The notes below the pieces were generated by a model that did no database searches, was not told the DNA's origin, and saw only the letters and a list, made by a program, of their open reading frames with translations. A stretch of 64,000 bases of DNA from positions 34,038,001-34,102,000 of the forward strand of contig NW_026262679.1 of the NCBI RefSeq assembly GCF_021869535.1, written 5' to 3'. This document shows positions 1-11,383 of this stretch, piece after piece. The first letter of the stretch is position 1. The number at the start of each line of letters is the position of its first letter. A program made the position numbers and the translations under genes. This DNA comes from Mytilus californianus (Eukaryota).

Positions 1-282
1 ATAACTGTCATATTACTGACTTTGAATAGGCATTGGCCGACCAAAATGATGGGTAAAACTTGGTTGTATAGCTGGCTTAACTTCTCACTTGTATGACAGA
101 TCGTAAATTGTTTTGTTATAAATAAAGCCGTTTGTTTTTTGATTGATTTTTTCATATTTTTATATCAGAGCCTTTTATAGCCGACTATACGGTATGGGTT
201 TTTCTCATTGTTGAAGGCCGTATTGTTGCCTATAATTGCTTACACCCACTTCAATTGATATTACATCTCCTAATTTTTTTAT

Positions 283-1648
283 AAACATCTATGATTCTGA
301 ATTCAGTTAATAGGATGCAGTATAGTTGAATACTTGAAGTATGTTGAAATATAACTACTTGCCAACCCTACACAAATGTAAATGATTATGTGTATTTTCT
401 GACTGTTTTCAGTCCACATTTACCTTGCACATATTTAATGGTCCAATTAGAAGTGCATAAGCAAAAAATTATTTAAATGAACATTTATCAACATTAAACC
501 AAACCATGCTAAAATGTTACGTTGAATTGCATATTTTTGTCAAAGAAAAATTAACTTTTTAAACGTTGAAATCGCTTTCTTAATCATGTTAATAACCAGC
601 GCAAAAACATGAGTCAGCTTGAAACAAAATACTTCTTCAAAATTCTAAAATTGTAAACCTGCGTTTATTATTGATCCAGATTGTAAATACACTTTATATT
701 CGTAGTAAGGTCGACGTGTCCTGATTGATATTTCGATTAGACAGAAGTTAATTTATTAGAAAGATAGTTAGTGCACCTTAAGTAAATATAAAATCTACAA
801 GGATTGTAGTAAAATATAAAATTAATTTGTTCGGGCTTTTAAAAACAACAGACACATTGTTTTCCTATATAACATCCACAATTGCAAACAGCCCAAATAA
901 CAGATAGAGTGAACCGGTCCATGGTGGTGTTCCTTTTGCTCAGTCTAGTTTTCTTTGTTGTGTCTGTATACTGATGTTTGTCTTTTTGTCTGTTTTTGTC
1001 ATAGTGTTTTCAGTTTGTTTTTGACTTATAAGTTGTTTGTTTGTCTCTTTGGTATCTTTCGCCTCTTTTTGCACGATATTGTAATACACTTTTCCATTCA
1101 TGGATGCTAAAATTACTTAATTATACTTCTCTACGCATTTTTTTAGGCAAGCTAGTGTTCTCAGTTTGTTTGTGTGGGCTCAATCACATGTTTTCTGATA
1201 TATCATTGTAGGGAAGATAAGATAAGGATTGAGTTGAGGCATCACTCTGTATATCTAATATTATCTAATATTATTCTTATGTATTTCAAAAGTTGTCATC
1301 ATCATCATTATCGTAAATATATTAATGTCCTATTGTCCAGTTTTGTTGAAATTATCTACCTATGCATCATGAAAAGCTTATTGTGGTCCTAAATTTTAAA
1401 TCAAATTATTTTGAAACATTTGTAAGGTTTCAATATAGAATACAAATTAAACTGTAAATTGGCAATTTTAAAATGTGTGTCTATAAAATACACCTGGATT
1501 GCTGCTTTGAAATTCCCCTTTTGTTGGCAATATAGCGATATAGGCCACCAATGCACACTGAACGAAACTTTTACAAAAAAAACCAATCCGAAACCTTTGA
1601 GTTCATTTTCTAGCTTTCGTCAATATTTACCGTTTGTTTCGTTTCTTT

Positions 1649-1689
<41 letters not shown>

Positions 1690-3618
1690 GGTTTAAAAAA
1701 TTGTATTTGCGGAGAAAAAAAATATATCTTGAAATATGATGATTACTTACATGCGTCTCTAGAAGGCGATATCACTACAAAACAATAATGCAAACAACAT
1801 ATACGGCAAAAGGCATCATCAGAAGTATATCCATACCATTTTGCTTACCATTTTCTTTATTTAATGGTAATGAATAATTATCAAGATGCTTATAGTAATA
1901 ATCAAATTATAAGGGTTTAAAGAACTCGTTACTCGATATTAATTATTTCATATAATCTACAATGTAGTGGAGCAAAAAATCGACAGGCATAATGTTGTTA
2001 ACTTAAGATACAAAGCGTACCCAATAAAGGTGCTAAAAAGTGTCATGTGCACTGAAATCGGTATCTTAGAATAGTTTAATACCACTGGATTGTGACTACT
2101 GCTGGAGGACTGTCAATCATTCAGGGTCCAATTTGCCGTGTATCCAGTTCTTCGGTAATTTCGTGAATTAAATTCACATTTTGTTTTTTAAGCGGTATGG
2201 TAAATTTTTCGTGTATTTGTTTCTCCCACAGGTACAAATCCGTCTTTATTTTCAATATTTAAGGGTATAGATAAGAAAAAAAAAAAAAAAAAAAGATTTT
2301 ACATCAACTGCACTTTTATCCATGAAATCAAAATGTAATTCAACGTGTACCTGTTATTTATCTACTACGTGTTTTAAATTTTGCACCGAATGACATCCGT
2401 AACTAAGAAGCACCATTTTGTGTTTGAAAGCCGAAAACAGAGATTTGAATTGATTTTTTTATCAAGAATATCATGCTTTATTTCTATAAAATATTTTGAG
2501 CGCTTGCATATTCGTTATCAGGTTTTATACTATGATGTTGTTAGAAAATCAAAGTACTTGTACACACATTAAGGTACGATACTGTGAATTAAAATAAAGA
2601 TCGAAAGACTCTTTTGAAATTGACCCTGGTACTAAATCAATTTAGGGCTAATAACAACCCCTACCTTTGTTTGTCGTGGATAAATCAGGTAGATTTAAGG
2701 TTGGTACCCACACAAACAAGATTGACTTAATATATTTTTACTATTCTGCTAAATTCTTTTAAATGTTAGTTCTGTTGGTTGTGTCTTTTTTTTTTTATTA
2801 GGCTATTTTTACATGTACGTTTACCCCATTTCCGCCTTAATTCATACTTTCAAAATTTTATTTTCAATTTCTTAGGATCTAGCTTCGAGCTCTGATGATT
2901 ATTTTTTTTAAATTTGTAAATGATGCATTTAATTCATTTTGGTATCTTTTATTTTTGTATTAAAAATGAAAACACCATGTCATATGTGGTAACTATTGCT
3001 AATTGTATATCCTATCGTTTCCCACTTGTTCAAACTAAACATTTTGTTTTCATAATTTTGTTTCAATTATTAAAAAAAATTATCTTGTAGGTTCCCAAAG
3101 TAAATATCAATTTCAGAATCCGTTTCACACAACGTGCGTTATATAACACAAGCCCAACAATCGTTACCGGTTCATTAATTATAGTACCATTGATTTCATA
3201 GAAATAGAATGAAATCATGTTTGAACAAACAAAGTTCTTAGAAAATTAACTATCAGTGCATGATCTTCCATAAGTACGACGGCACTTGCATACAAAAAGA
3301 TCTATCCGAACATCATTACACGCAAAAAACAACTTTTTTATATTTCGTAACAACTACATTAAAGCATGGTATCCTTTTAGTGTTTATTATAGAATAATGT
3401 TTCTACTATCTATACTTTTCTTTGTTTTATGAGGATACTTTAGAAAGATAATTTTCGACGTGTATAAATTCTCATCTTCAACATATAATCTATAAATAAT
3501 TTGACTTATTCGTACCTTGAGTTATGCAAGTAACAAAGTACTGGTAACGGACAGCTGGTGTCGTCGGGGTCTCGCGCCAACTGCGCACCAAATGACGAAA
3601 GCAACACCTATATCATAT
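283..3618 (+). repeat. Segmental duplication block A (paralogues 38950-42245 and 62040-63239)
   Basis: Long colinear matches, e.g. ATGATTATGTGTATTTTCTGACTGTTTTCAG (385/39051) and CAATTTCAGAATC.GTTT (3108/41912/62706). Roughly 75-80% identity. Confidence 0.9.
1651..1687. repeat. (AC)18 microsatellite
   Basis: Direct reading. Confidence 0.98.
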
Positions 3619-4949
3619 AGACAATAGATAATCTAGAATTATTATCTATAGAATCTATAACCAGATAAGTATGTCTCTACTAACAAAACACTACACAGAC
3701 AAAAATATATTTATATACAAGAAACCCACACAAAGCTATGTATAAACACAGGTTCTCCGGAAAGGTAAACAGTGTCTGCCCCATTAGTGTCAGCCCTTAT
3801 GTTTCTGATGTCGATTAATATCATTGGTAACATCACAACCGCTGATGTCATAAACAATGTAGGAAGGATAGAATTGTTGCTGCGATTAGTGGACCATATA
3901 TCCACGGTCATATGCGACCTTGGCTAACAAAATAATACTGGCTCAGAATAGTTTAAAATCAAAGTCATATGAAACTTCAAATTTAAAAATAAAATAAATT
4001 GAATATGGTTGATATACTTGAATGGCTGAGATTTACAAAACATGTGTACGTGAACTTTCTTGTTAATTTTATATTAATAACAAAGAAAATCCTTTATATT
4101 ATCAAAATCTTCATAAATGTACTGCGATTGAATTATTGTCTTCCCGTACACTAATTTGCCGATATTGTCCCGTATGCAGTGACCTTTACTACGAGACCTC
4201 TCGTTAGAACTTCGGCCACCGTACAGGGCAAGTGCGAGGAGAAAACCGTGACGAAAGAATATAAACAAACGTGCACTGGAAGGTAAATAGCACTATGTGA
4301 TTCTTAAATAAGGAACAAATTTAATACAACAAATCATTTAACAACTTTAAAGGTAAAGTTAGAGACAAATGGGAACGCATGGAAAAGATGAAAAAAATAT
4401 CATGGCTCTATTAAATCACTTATTTGTTACGTGCTCCACATCCTCTATGTTGATAGTTTAAACTTCGGCAACAATTCGGAAGTTAATTAGCTTGCGATCA
4501 ACAATAACTGATTAAAATGTTATTTATCGAAAATGGCTCATTTACAAATTATAGATTCGTAATGAATAAAAAAAACCCAAAGCAAAACAAAAACGTGCAT
4601 ACAGGTTTTAGTTTAGTATTTATGCATGTATTGCTTCCATATTCTCGATACCATTAACATTACAAGAAACTCCTTCGATGACTTTAAGGAATACAGGTTC
4701 AATAGTTACTTGTGTAAATTTCAACTCTATCATGCAGTTCATGTTAGCAACGCTAAACACAAAATATTGCATCAACAGGGTATATATAATCCATTAGATG
4801 TTGCTTCATAAAAATGGAAAATTTAATGATCTCTGCAAAGTAGATCGAACTGGATGTAGGGTGGGATATCGACCGCCAATGGATAATAAAAGTATTTTTG
4901 ATAGATGCAGAACTTTTCCAAACAGCAGGTGACTTAAAAACCTTTTAAC

Positions 4950-5155
4950 TACTTTGGATTCTTTTCGTGGATACCGATTCCGTGCATTGAGAAACAATTA
5001 CATTTTCGTGGATATTTGATTTCGTGGCTTTGCCAAAGTCTGCATACAAGCCTATAGAAAATATGTACGTAGTTAAACTATTAAGTTCGTGATTTATATA
5101 CACAAACGTTATTCACGGAATTTGGTATCCCGCGAATAATATTGAATCTACAGTA
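4950..5155. mobile_element. ~205-bp MITE with TA ends (Tc1/mariner-like)
   Basis: Imperfect TIRs TACTTTGGATTC...TTCGTGGATACC and GGTATCCCGCGAA...GAATCTACAGTA. Confidence 0.65.
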
Positions 5156-7353
5156 GTTGTTGCATTGGTTCTTAAATTTGCAAATGTGGCATCCTTCCAA
5201 ACGAGACATCGGATTTAATGTCCCCATTCCGTCCGGACATGGCAATGCATTTATACATTCCGCATAGCCAAGCATATGCCCTTCTTTAGCATGGGTTTGA
5301 CTTTCGGATATGAGTAGTCTAGGGGCGACTATTTTTCTAAACCCCGGGAAATTCTTGTGGTACAGAAACTTAATTTCGATATAAAAAATATTGCCATTGT
5401 GTTATTTTAGTTTTCAATTTTAATTGTAAGCTTTATAGTAAAAGGTGATGTTGGTTTGCTTTAATAAAAAAATAACCAAAAGAAATCAAGAAGCAACATA
5501 CAATCTAAATCATTAGTCAAATATTTATACAATTTATCAGCAGATTTAAGCTTTCTCTTCCTAGCCATGAGCAGTCTTTGGTACGGTATAATATAGTTGG
5601 TTTTTTTTCCATTTTGTGTGTATGCATGTCTTTGTTGTAATCTATTATGCCATTATTAAAAAGTAAGACACATTTTCACTTGAGATTGATATTTTCTTAT
5701 ATATAATGTTTGATTTAAAAATTAAGGGAAATTTATCTATTATATTCATGATATAGATGTAATTTAGAGAATGTGGGTTTGGAAGCATATCTTAAATGTT
5801 TTCTGTTTTATTCAGTTATTCACCGCTTTTACTCGAAATGATTTACAGCTTGTCAAATTGTAAAAATACCGGTCTATAATTTTTGAAAAAAATATTATGC
5901 CCGGAAGACCACGTTTTTGTTGTATTGTAGCTGGATGCTATCTCATTGATACAATCTCCTTTTATTCATATTTGTAATCTTTATTTAGCTGTCGTGGTTG
6001 TCTAATCATTGAGATGATACATAGCTAATGGTTCAAAGCTTAAGATGGTATTCATCTGTAATTCTATTAACGATAATCTAATCGGATCTTATTTAACAGA
6101 CTGGTTATTATTTGAAAATGAATAATTAACAGTGATTGGACACAGCATCTTTTCGATGAAAATAATGAAATATAATGAAATATATAAATGAACCAATAGA
6201 TGAAACATTTATTACGACAAAGTAATTATTAACATTTTTTTATCCACCATTCGTGCGATGCTGTACAGAAATAAGTGAAAACAGCGACCATAAGCAAAGA
6301 GAATCAGATTTGTTTCAATATAAGCTGATAAAATACTTTCAGCTAGCTTTCGGTAAGTTTAACCCTTATATCGGTCGTTGTATTCATTTAAGCCAATTCA
6401 AGATGTACATGAAAATTATCATGACATGAAGTTCCGGAAATATTTTTAAAATCAGCTTAATCCTATTGTGTTGAATGCCTCTTGTATTGTAAAAACTACT
6501 CCTTTCTTAACATACTAGAGGTCATTCTTTATAACTGTGCATCGATATGTTTATTTATTGTTACCTGTTCAACGCGTCAAGTCCCATAAATTTCATGCAC
6601 AATCAAGACGAAAACAAAGTAACAATGAATCAATCTGCAATGTTGCAAGGTAGGTCAAAAGGATAAATAATTTGGATTGCTCTAAGTAAATCTATGTACG
6701 CAAGAAATGGGCAGACGTATAGCTTTACCCCTCACAGGGTTGTTGCAATGGTAATTTGACTTGCAGAGTCCGTGACTTTCTCTCTCCAAAAAGCATCCGA
6801 GTTCATGTCCCTTTTGGTTATTATGTCTAACAACTCATCACATTATTGGTGAATTTGTCTTTATTGTGCACAGAGGGAAACAATCACTTTACACATGACA
6901 TTGCATTTCTACAACTTGACGTGGTTGGGTTTATCATCCCACTCAACCAAGCTAAAGCCCCTCTTTAGCATGGTTTCTACTGCAGGATTGGAGAAGTCCA
7001 TTTGTGACCATATATTACCCTTTGGGTTTTGAAACTAAGTGCCAGTCTTTGTAAGAATCAGGCAATTTAGAAGAATTTTAAAACATGGCTTAAAAAACCC
7101 ACCAACCAAACCATCCTATTTTGAAGTTACCCTCATCCTCAGTTAGAAATGGTAGGTCTTTCGTTTCTGCGTGTCTGGTAATTCGAGAAATATCTAGATA
7201 AATTTTGGTTAGAATGACAGCAGATTACAGAGTTAGCTCTACTTAATTGTTAATTTCTAGTGCATTTCAACCAAATAATATCTTGAATTACCAGAACAGG
7301 ACAAGGAAACGATTGCTATATTTGTGCACCATAATACATTCTGAACTTTAAAA

Positions 7354-7616
7354 AAAAGTAAAATCACAAAAAAACTGAACTCCGAGGAAAATTCAAAACA
7401 GAAAGTCCCTAATCAAATGGCAAAATCAAATGATAAAAAACATTAAACGAATGGACAACAACTGTCATATTCCTGCCTTGGTACAGGCATTTAAAATGTA
7501 GAAAATGGTGGATTGAACCTGGTTTTATAGCGCTAAACCTCTCACTTGTATGACAGTCGCATCAAATTTTATTATATTTACAACGATGCGTGAACAAAAC
7601 AAACATAATAGGTAAC
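7354..7616 (+). repeat. Interspersed repeat family X (AAAAGTAAAATCACAAAAA...GACAGTCGCATCAAAT)
   Basis: Other copies: 1-110 (+, partial), 32898-32989 (-), 38735-38945 (+), 44833-45058 (+), 54837-55053 (-), 56395-56600 (+), 57585-57690 (+, partial). Confidence 0.9.
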
Positions 7617-7899
7617 ATTGTAAAATAAATTAATATAAACTTGAGCGGGTTTTTGTTCGTCATGTGTTCCCCCACTGCCTGATTCTTAAGTAGATTGGCA
7701 CTTCAGAATAATATTTTTTCTGTAAGTTTAAGATTTATTTTCAATCCTTTTACCAGGATTACTTCATTCTTACTTTCAGTAACTGCAAAAATTCTTTGGT
7801 ATGGTAAAATATTGTTTACTATTATTTCTTGATGCATCAATACAAAATATTTCACTCTGATATGGAAAATAGCAAGATCATGAACTACAAAGTTCACCA

Positions 7900-8770
7900 T
7901 GACTTAGAATATTAAATTAAAAATCTAAATGGAATTTCGGGAATCAGTTTGCTGGATTTAATTTCTAGTTGATGTAAATGAAGTACTTAAGTTTTAAATA
8001 CGTCTTCTACTTTGTAAAGAAATTGAATATAAATCAACATTGGTGTCCTTCAATGTTCCTTAGTATATCAAGAATCATTGTAAGCATTGTATTCATTGAA
8101 ATTGTTCTGGCATAAGAATAATCTTTCATATCGAGGTCTTTCAAGTGACCATAGACAATAAATATGTAAACATTCAAAACATAAGAATAATATCATTATG
8201 GTTTCCTATTTGACATCGTTCATAGCATGAATAATTAAATCTAACAGTAAAAAAAAGATGATATTATAATCAATCAGGACTAACGAGCGTCCCGACTTGG
8301 GACTGACACATTTAAATGTAAAAGACTTACATTTATTGAAATGTTTTCAGTATTCAATTCTTCCTCTTTAAATTTTATAAAAATGTAGAGAACAAAAAAT
8401 AAGAAATTTAAGCTATTAAATTTAAACACCTTAAATATTACAAAATCATATATCGATAATGGTGTATACAAGTATGTTCTTATCATAGTAATAGAAAACA
8501 ATCCCCAAGTACTAACAATTTTTACCTTTAACACTCTAACATAAGCTATACTTAAGATTTCATATTGTAAAGTTAATTCACATTGGATAAAAAAAGATTC
8601 TGTGGAAAGCTCTAAGTGAATTTGTGTACAGAATTTCTTGACATGTAGAAATAAAAATATATGAAACGCGAACAGTGACTGAAAATTAATTTGAATTCTC
8701 CAGAATATGATTTTTCTATTTCGAGATATACAATTCTTTTAATTAAAGAAAATTCTCAGAAAGTTTCAAA
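7900..8770 (+). repeat. Segmental duplication block B (paralogue 42510-43285)
   Basis: Shared GACGAGCGT.C.GACTTGGGACTGACACATTT and GAATTTGTGTACAGAATTTCTTGAC. Confidence 0.9.
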
Positions 8771-9589
8771 GAAATCCAGTCATTGTAATAAGGAAAAGTT
8801 GCAAACACTAGTGTGGACGAACAAAGGAACTAATTGACGGAAGCAAGCACCACCGTAATCCTCCGCTTAATATGTAGTAGTTTGTGGTATGTGGTTTTTC
8901 ATTTGTCAGATTTATTACATCACAGTGTTGTCTGCCTTCCGTTTCCCTTCGAGTTTTGAGTGTCCCTTTGGTATCTTTCGTCTCTTTTCTAACTTAGCAA
9001 TCATTCATTTCAAAATCAATTATCCATTAGAAAGAACTTGGTGTTAAAATTTACAACAATACAATAACATAAGCTATTTAAAGTTCAATGTTATGGCGTT
9101 ATTGAATTGAAAGAAAATGAATTGCAAGAAAGGTAATGGAAATCTGGCTTTATCCTTTTTGGAGATTTGGTTAAATGTTATTCGCTTTCAAATGGGTTTA
9201 AAAAATTCTGCTTTCTCTGCAAATGTGTGAAAGATTCAAATCCAATAAGAAATTATAAAGATTCCATCAATATTTGAAAATATCTCATTAACATTTAAAA
9301 ATTGACCTTTTCCATTCAAAATTGTGCAATTAGAAAAAAAAAATACACCTTTAAAAAGGGTAAATAATTGTATACAAGTAGTGGATGATATTGCATACCA
9401 ACAAAGAATAAAATATATCAGGTTTCCTGTGAAGAGTTATATGCTGCAGGTTGCAAAAGTATTAAAGTAAGAAGATTGTAAATGCGATCAGCAGTTTCAT
9501 CTACAATTTTTCTTTGAGGAATCTATTTCTGTATATGAGGTATAGGACGTCAATATCAGTAGACAAACACACCCCTGATATTAAAAAAT

Positions 9590-10140
9590 AACTAAATCGA
9601 ATTTCTTTAAACATGACACCAATGGACGACTTCAAACTAAAATCTATATTACAAACGTGATGATTTTAACTTTCTAATTGTCAACCTCCCAGTTCCCAGC
9701 AGTAACATACCCTATACCTCATCGTGTGGCGGTTACATCTCATTTAATCCGTTACGCTCATGCAAATTCACACTATACGAATTTAATTAGCAAGAATGTA
9801 CTTCTTACACAAAAACTGCCCTGACAGAGTAATGAGGAAGAACAGCTTAAATCGACACTACATACGTTTTACCATCACAATCACGACTTGTTTGACCGAT
9901 ACGTTATTGTGTCTAAATTTACTAAAGACATGTGTTTGCAGTCTCAGATCTTCAGAATAGTCGTCTAATCTGTAATAATTTAATTTATGACAATGTAACT
10001 GAGTAAAGATTCGCATGCCGGGTGATGCATGCAAAGCAGGAGACGCTTATCGTGTCTCCCTTCTTTGGTAATTCATCAATTCCATCAGTTTATGTTTGTC
10101 ACCTTAATTTTTCCTCTTAATTGATTTATAAGATTTGACT
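9590..10140 (+). mobile_element. Degenerate Penelope-like RT C-terminus plus 3' tail
   Basis: GRLQTKIY/KRDDFNFLIVNLPVPSSNIPY...GGYIS/LIRYAHA...LLTQKL...LKSTLHTFYHHNHDLFDRY matches the TKLYDKRDDFNFPIVNFPFLSSNIP...YGVYISQLIRY...KFYGRHHDLV.RY pattern. Confidence 0.8.
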
Positions 10141-11200
10141 ATCGGTAGACTACGTGCCAAACAAGGAAAGGTTTTGCATTTTTTGTCGTTTTTCCTGAAA
10201 TTTAGGAAATTATATCTCAAATACGTGACAAATTGAAATCGGGTGTTCACTCAGCTTTGTATACTTTAGTTTTGTCACAATTTGAGGGATTTACTTTGAA
10301 ATATTGAAAGTGCATTGTTATTTTCAAATCAATGAGGGAACATGATCTTCACATATCTTTTCTTACTTTTCTTTTTTAATGTTTTGTAACATGAGTAGAC
10401 GTATCTTTCAATCTTTTATTTGCACTAAATATCGAAGGTTTCTAAAATCCAAACTGCTTGATATCTTGGGTATAGTAAAGTGATAGATTTCAGAAAATGT
10501 ATGATGATAAGAACTTTCAAAGGACATTCTGATAAATAGATTTATAAAATTGCCTGCAATTTATTACTGCATAAGATGTCCTTCAGATGACTTTATCTAT
10601 ATGAAGCAAAATAAACAACTTCTTAAAAACAAATTAGTTTTACATTATTTTAATTCATTTTCCTTGTACAATTTAAAAAAAAAAGCCAACTATTATTTGC
10701 ATGCATGTTGAAAATAAAGCAGAGTATCTTTAAATATATATGCAGTTGTGGTTTCAAAATACGTTTAAATCAGTATGGTTATTGCATTATAAAATGTATT
10801 GACTTTATTCATCAAAACATGTTCCTTTTGTTGTCGATTTAACGATTATTCGGTTGAGGATAAAGCGTTATATGATATAATGATAGTATTACTATTCCAT
10901 AATGGCTTTTCGTTTTATATCACTAACACTAATACCAGAATCTGTCTTTTATTGTTGTAAGTCAAAACTCATATAAAGTAAAACAGTTATCATCAGGTAA
11001 CAATTTTACGAACATTTCGTTTTCAATGAAATAGAGAGCAATTTATTTGTGTAAGTTTCAATCAAATCTTTGTAACGGACTATATATTTAAGAGTTTAAA
11101 TAGTATAAAGAGAAAAAAAAAGTTCGTATAAACTATGTAACAAGAACATATAAATGATGATAACTACGGAAGCCGATAAGTTCCATTCCCAAAAAAAAAA

Positions 11201-11330
11201 TTATGTCGTAATTACGACATCGCTATGTCGTAATTTCGACATAACATGTCGTTATAACGACATCGCTATGTCGTAATTTCGACATAACATGTCGTTATTA
11301 CGACATCACTATGTCGTAATAACGACATAG

Positions 11331-11331
<1 letters not shown>
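11201..11331. repeat. Array of six 18-bp palindromes (ATGTCGTAATTACGACAT) with 3-4 bp linkers, left arm
   Basis: Units are separated by cgct/aac/cgct/aac/cact/agct. Confidence 0.95.

Positions 11332-11381
<50 letters not shown>
11332..11381. repeat. (TA)n microsatellite, ~25 units
   Basis: Direct reading. The mirror site in the right arm (~13954-13965) has only ~6 units. Confidence 0.98.

Positions 11382-11383
<2 letters not shown>

Noticed and set aside
1459-1788. 109-aa ORF with HTHTHT run
   Set aside because: TTG start, translates an (AC)n microsatellite, and the frame is not kept in the paralogue.
3075-3240. Open frames on both strands across three A paralogues (e.g. YNTSPTIVTGSLIIVPLIS*, GPI-tail-like)
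   Set aside because: Variable sites split 5/4/5 over codon positions, so there is no coding signature; the antisense frame is broken in the third copy.
5081-5275. Cys-rich 64-aa ORF
   Set aside because: Its 3' end runs into the MITE, open stretches of this length are expected by chance, and the homology signal is in other frames.
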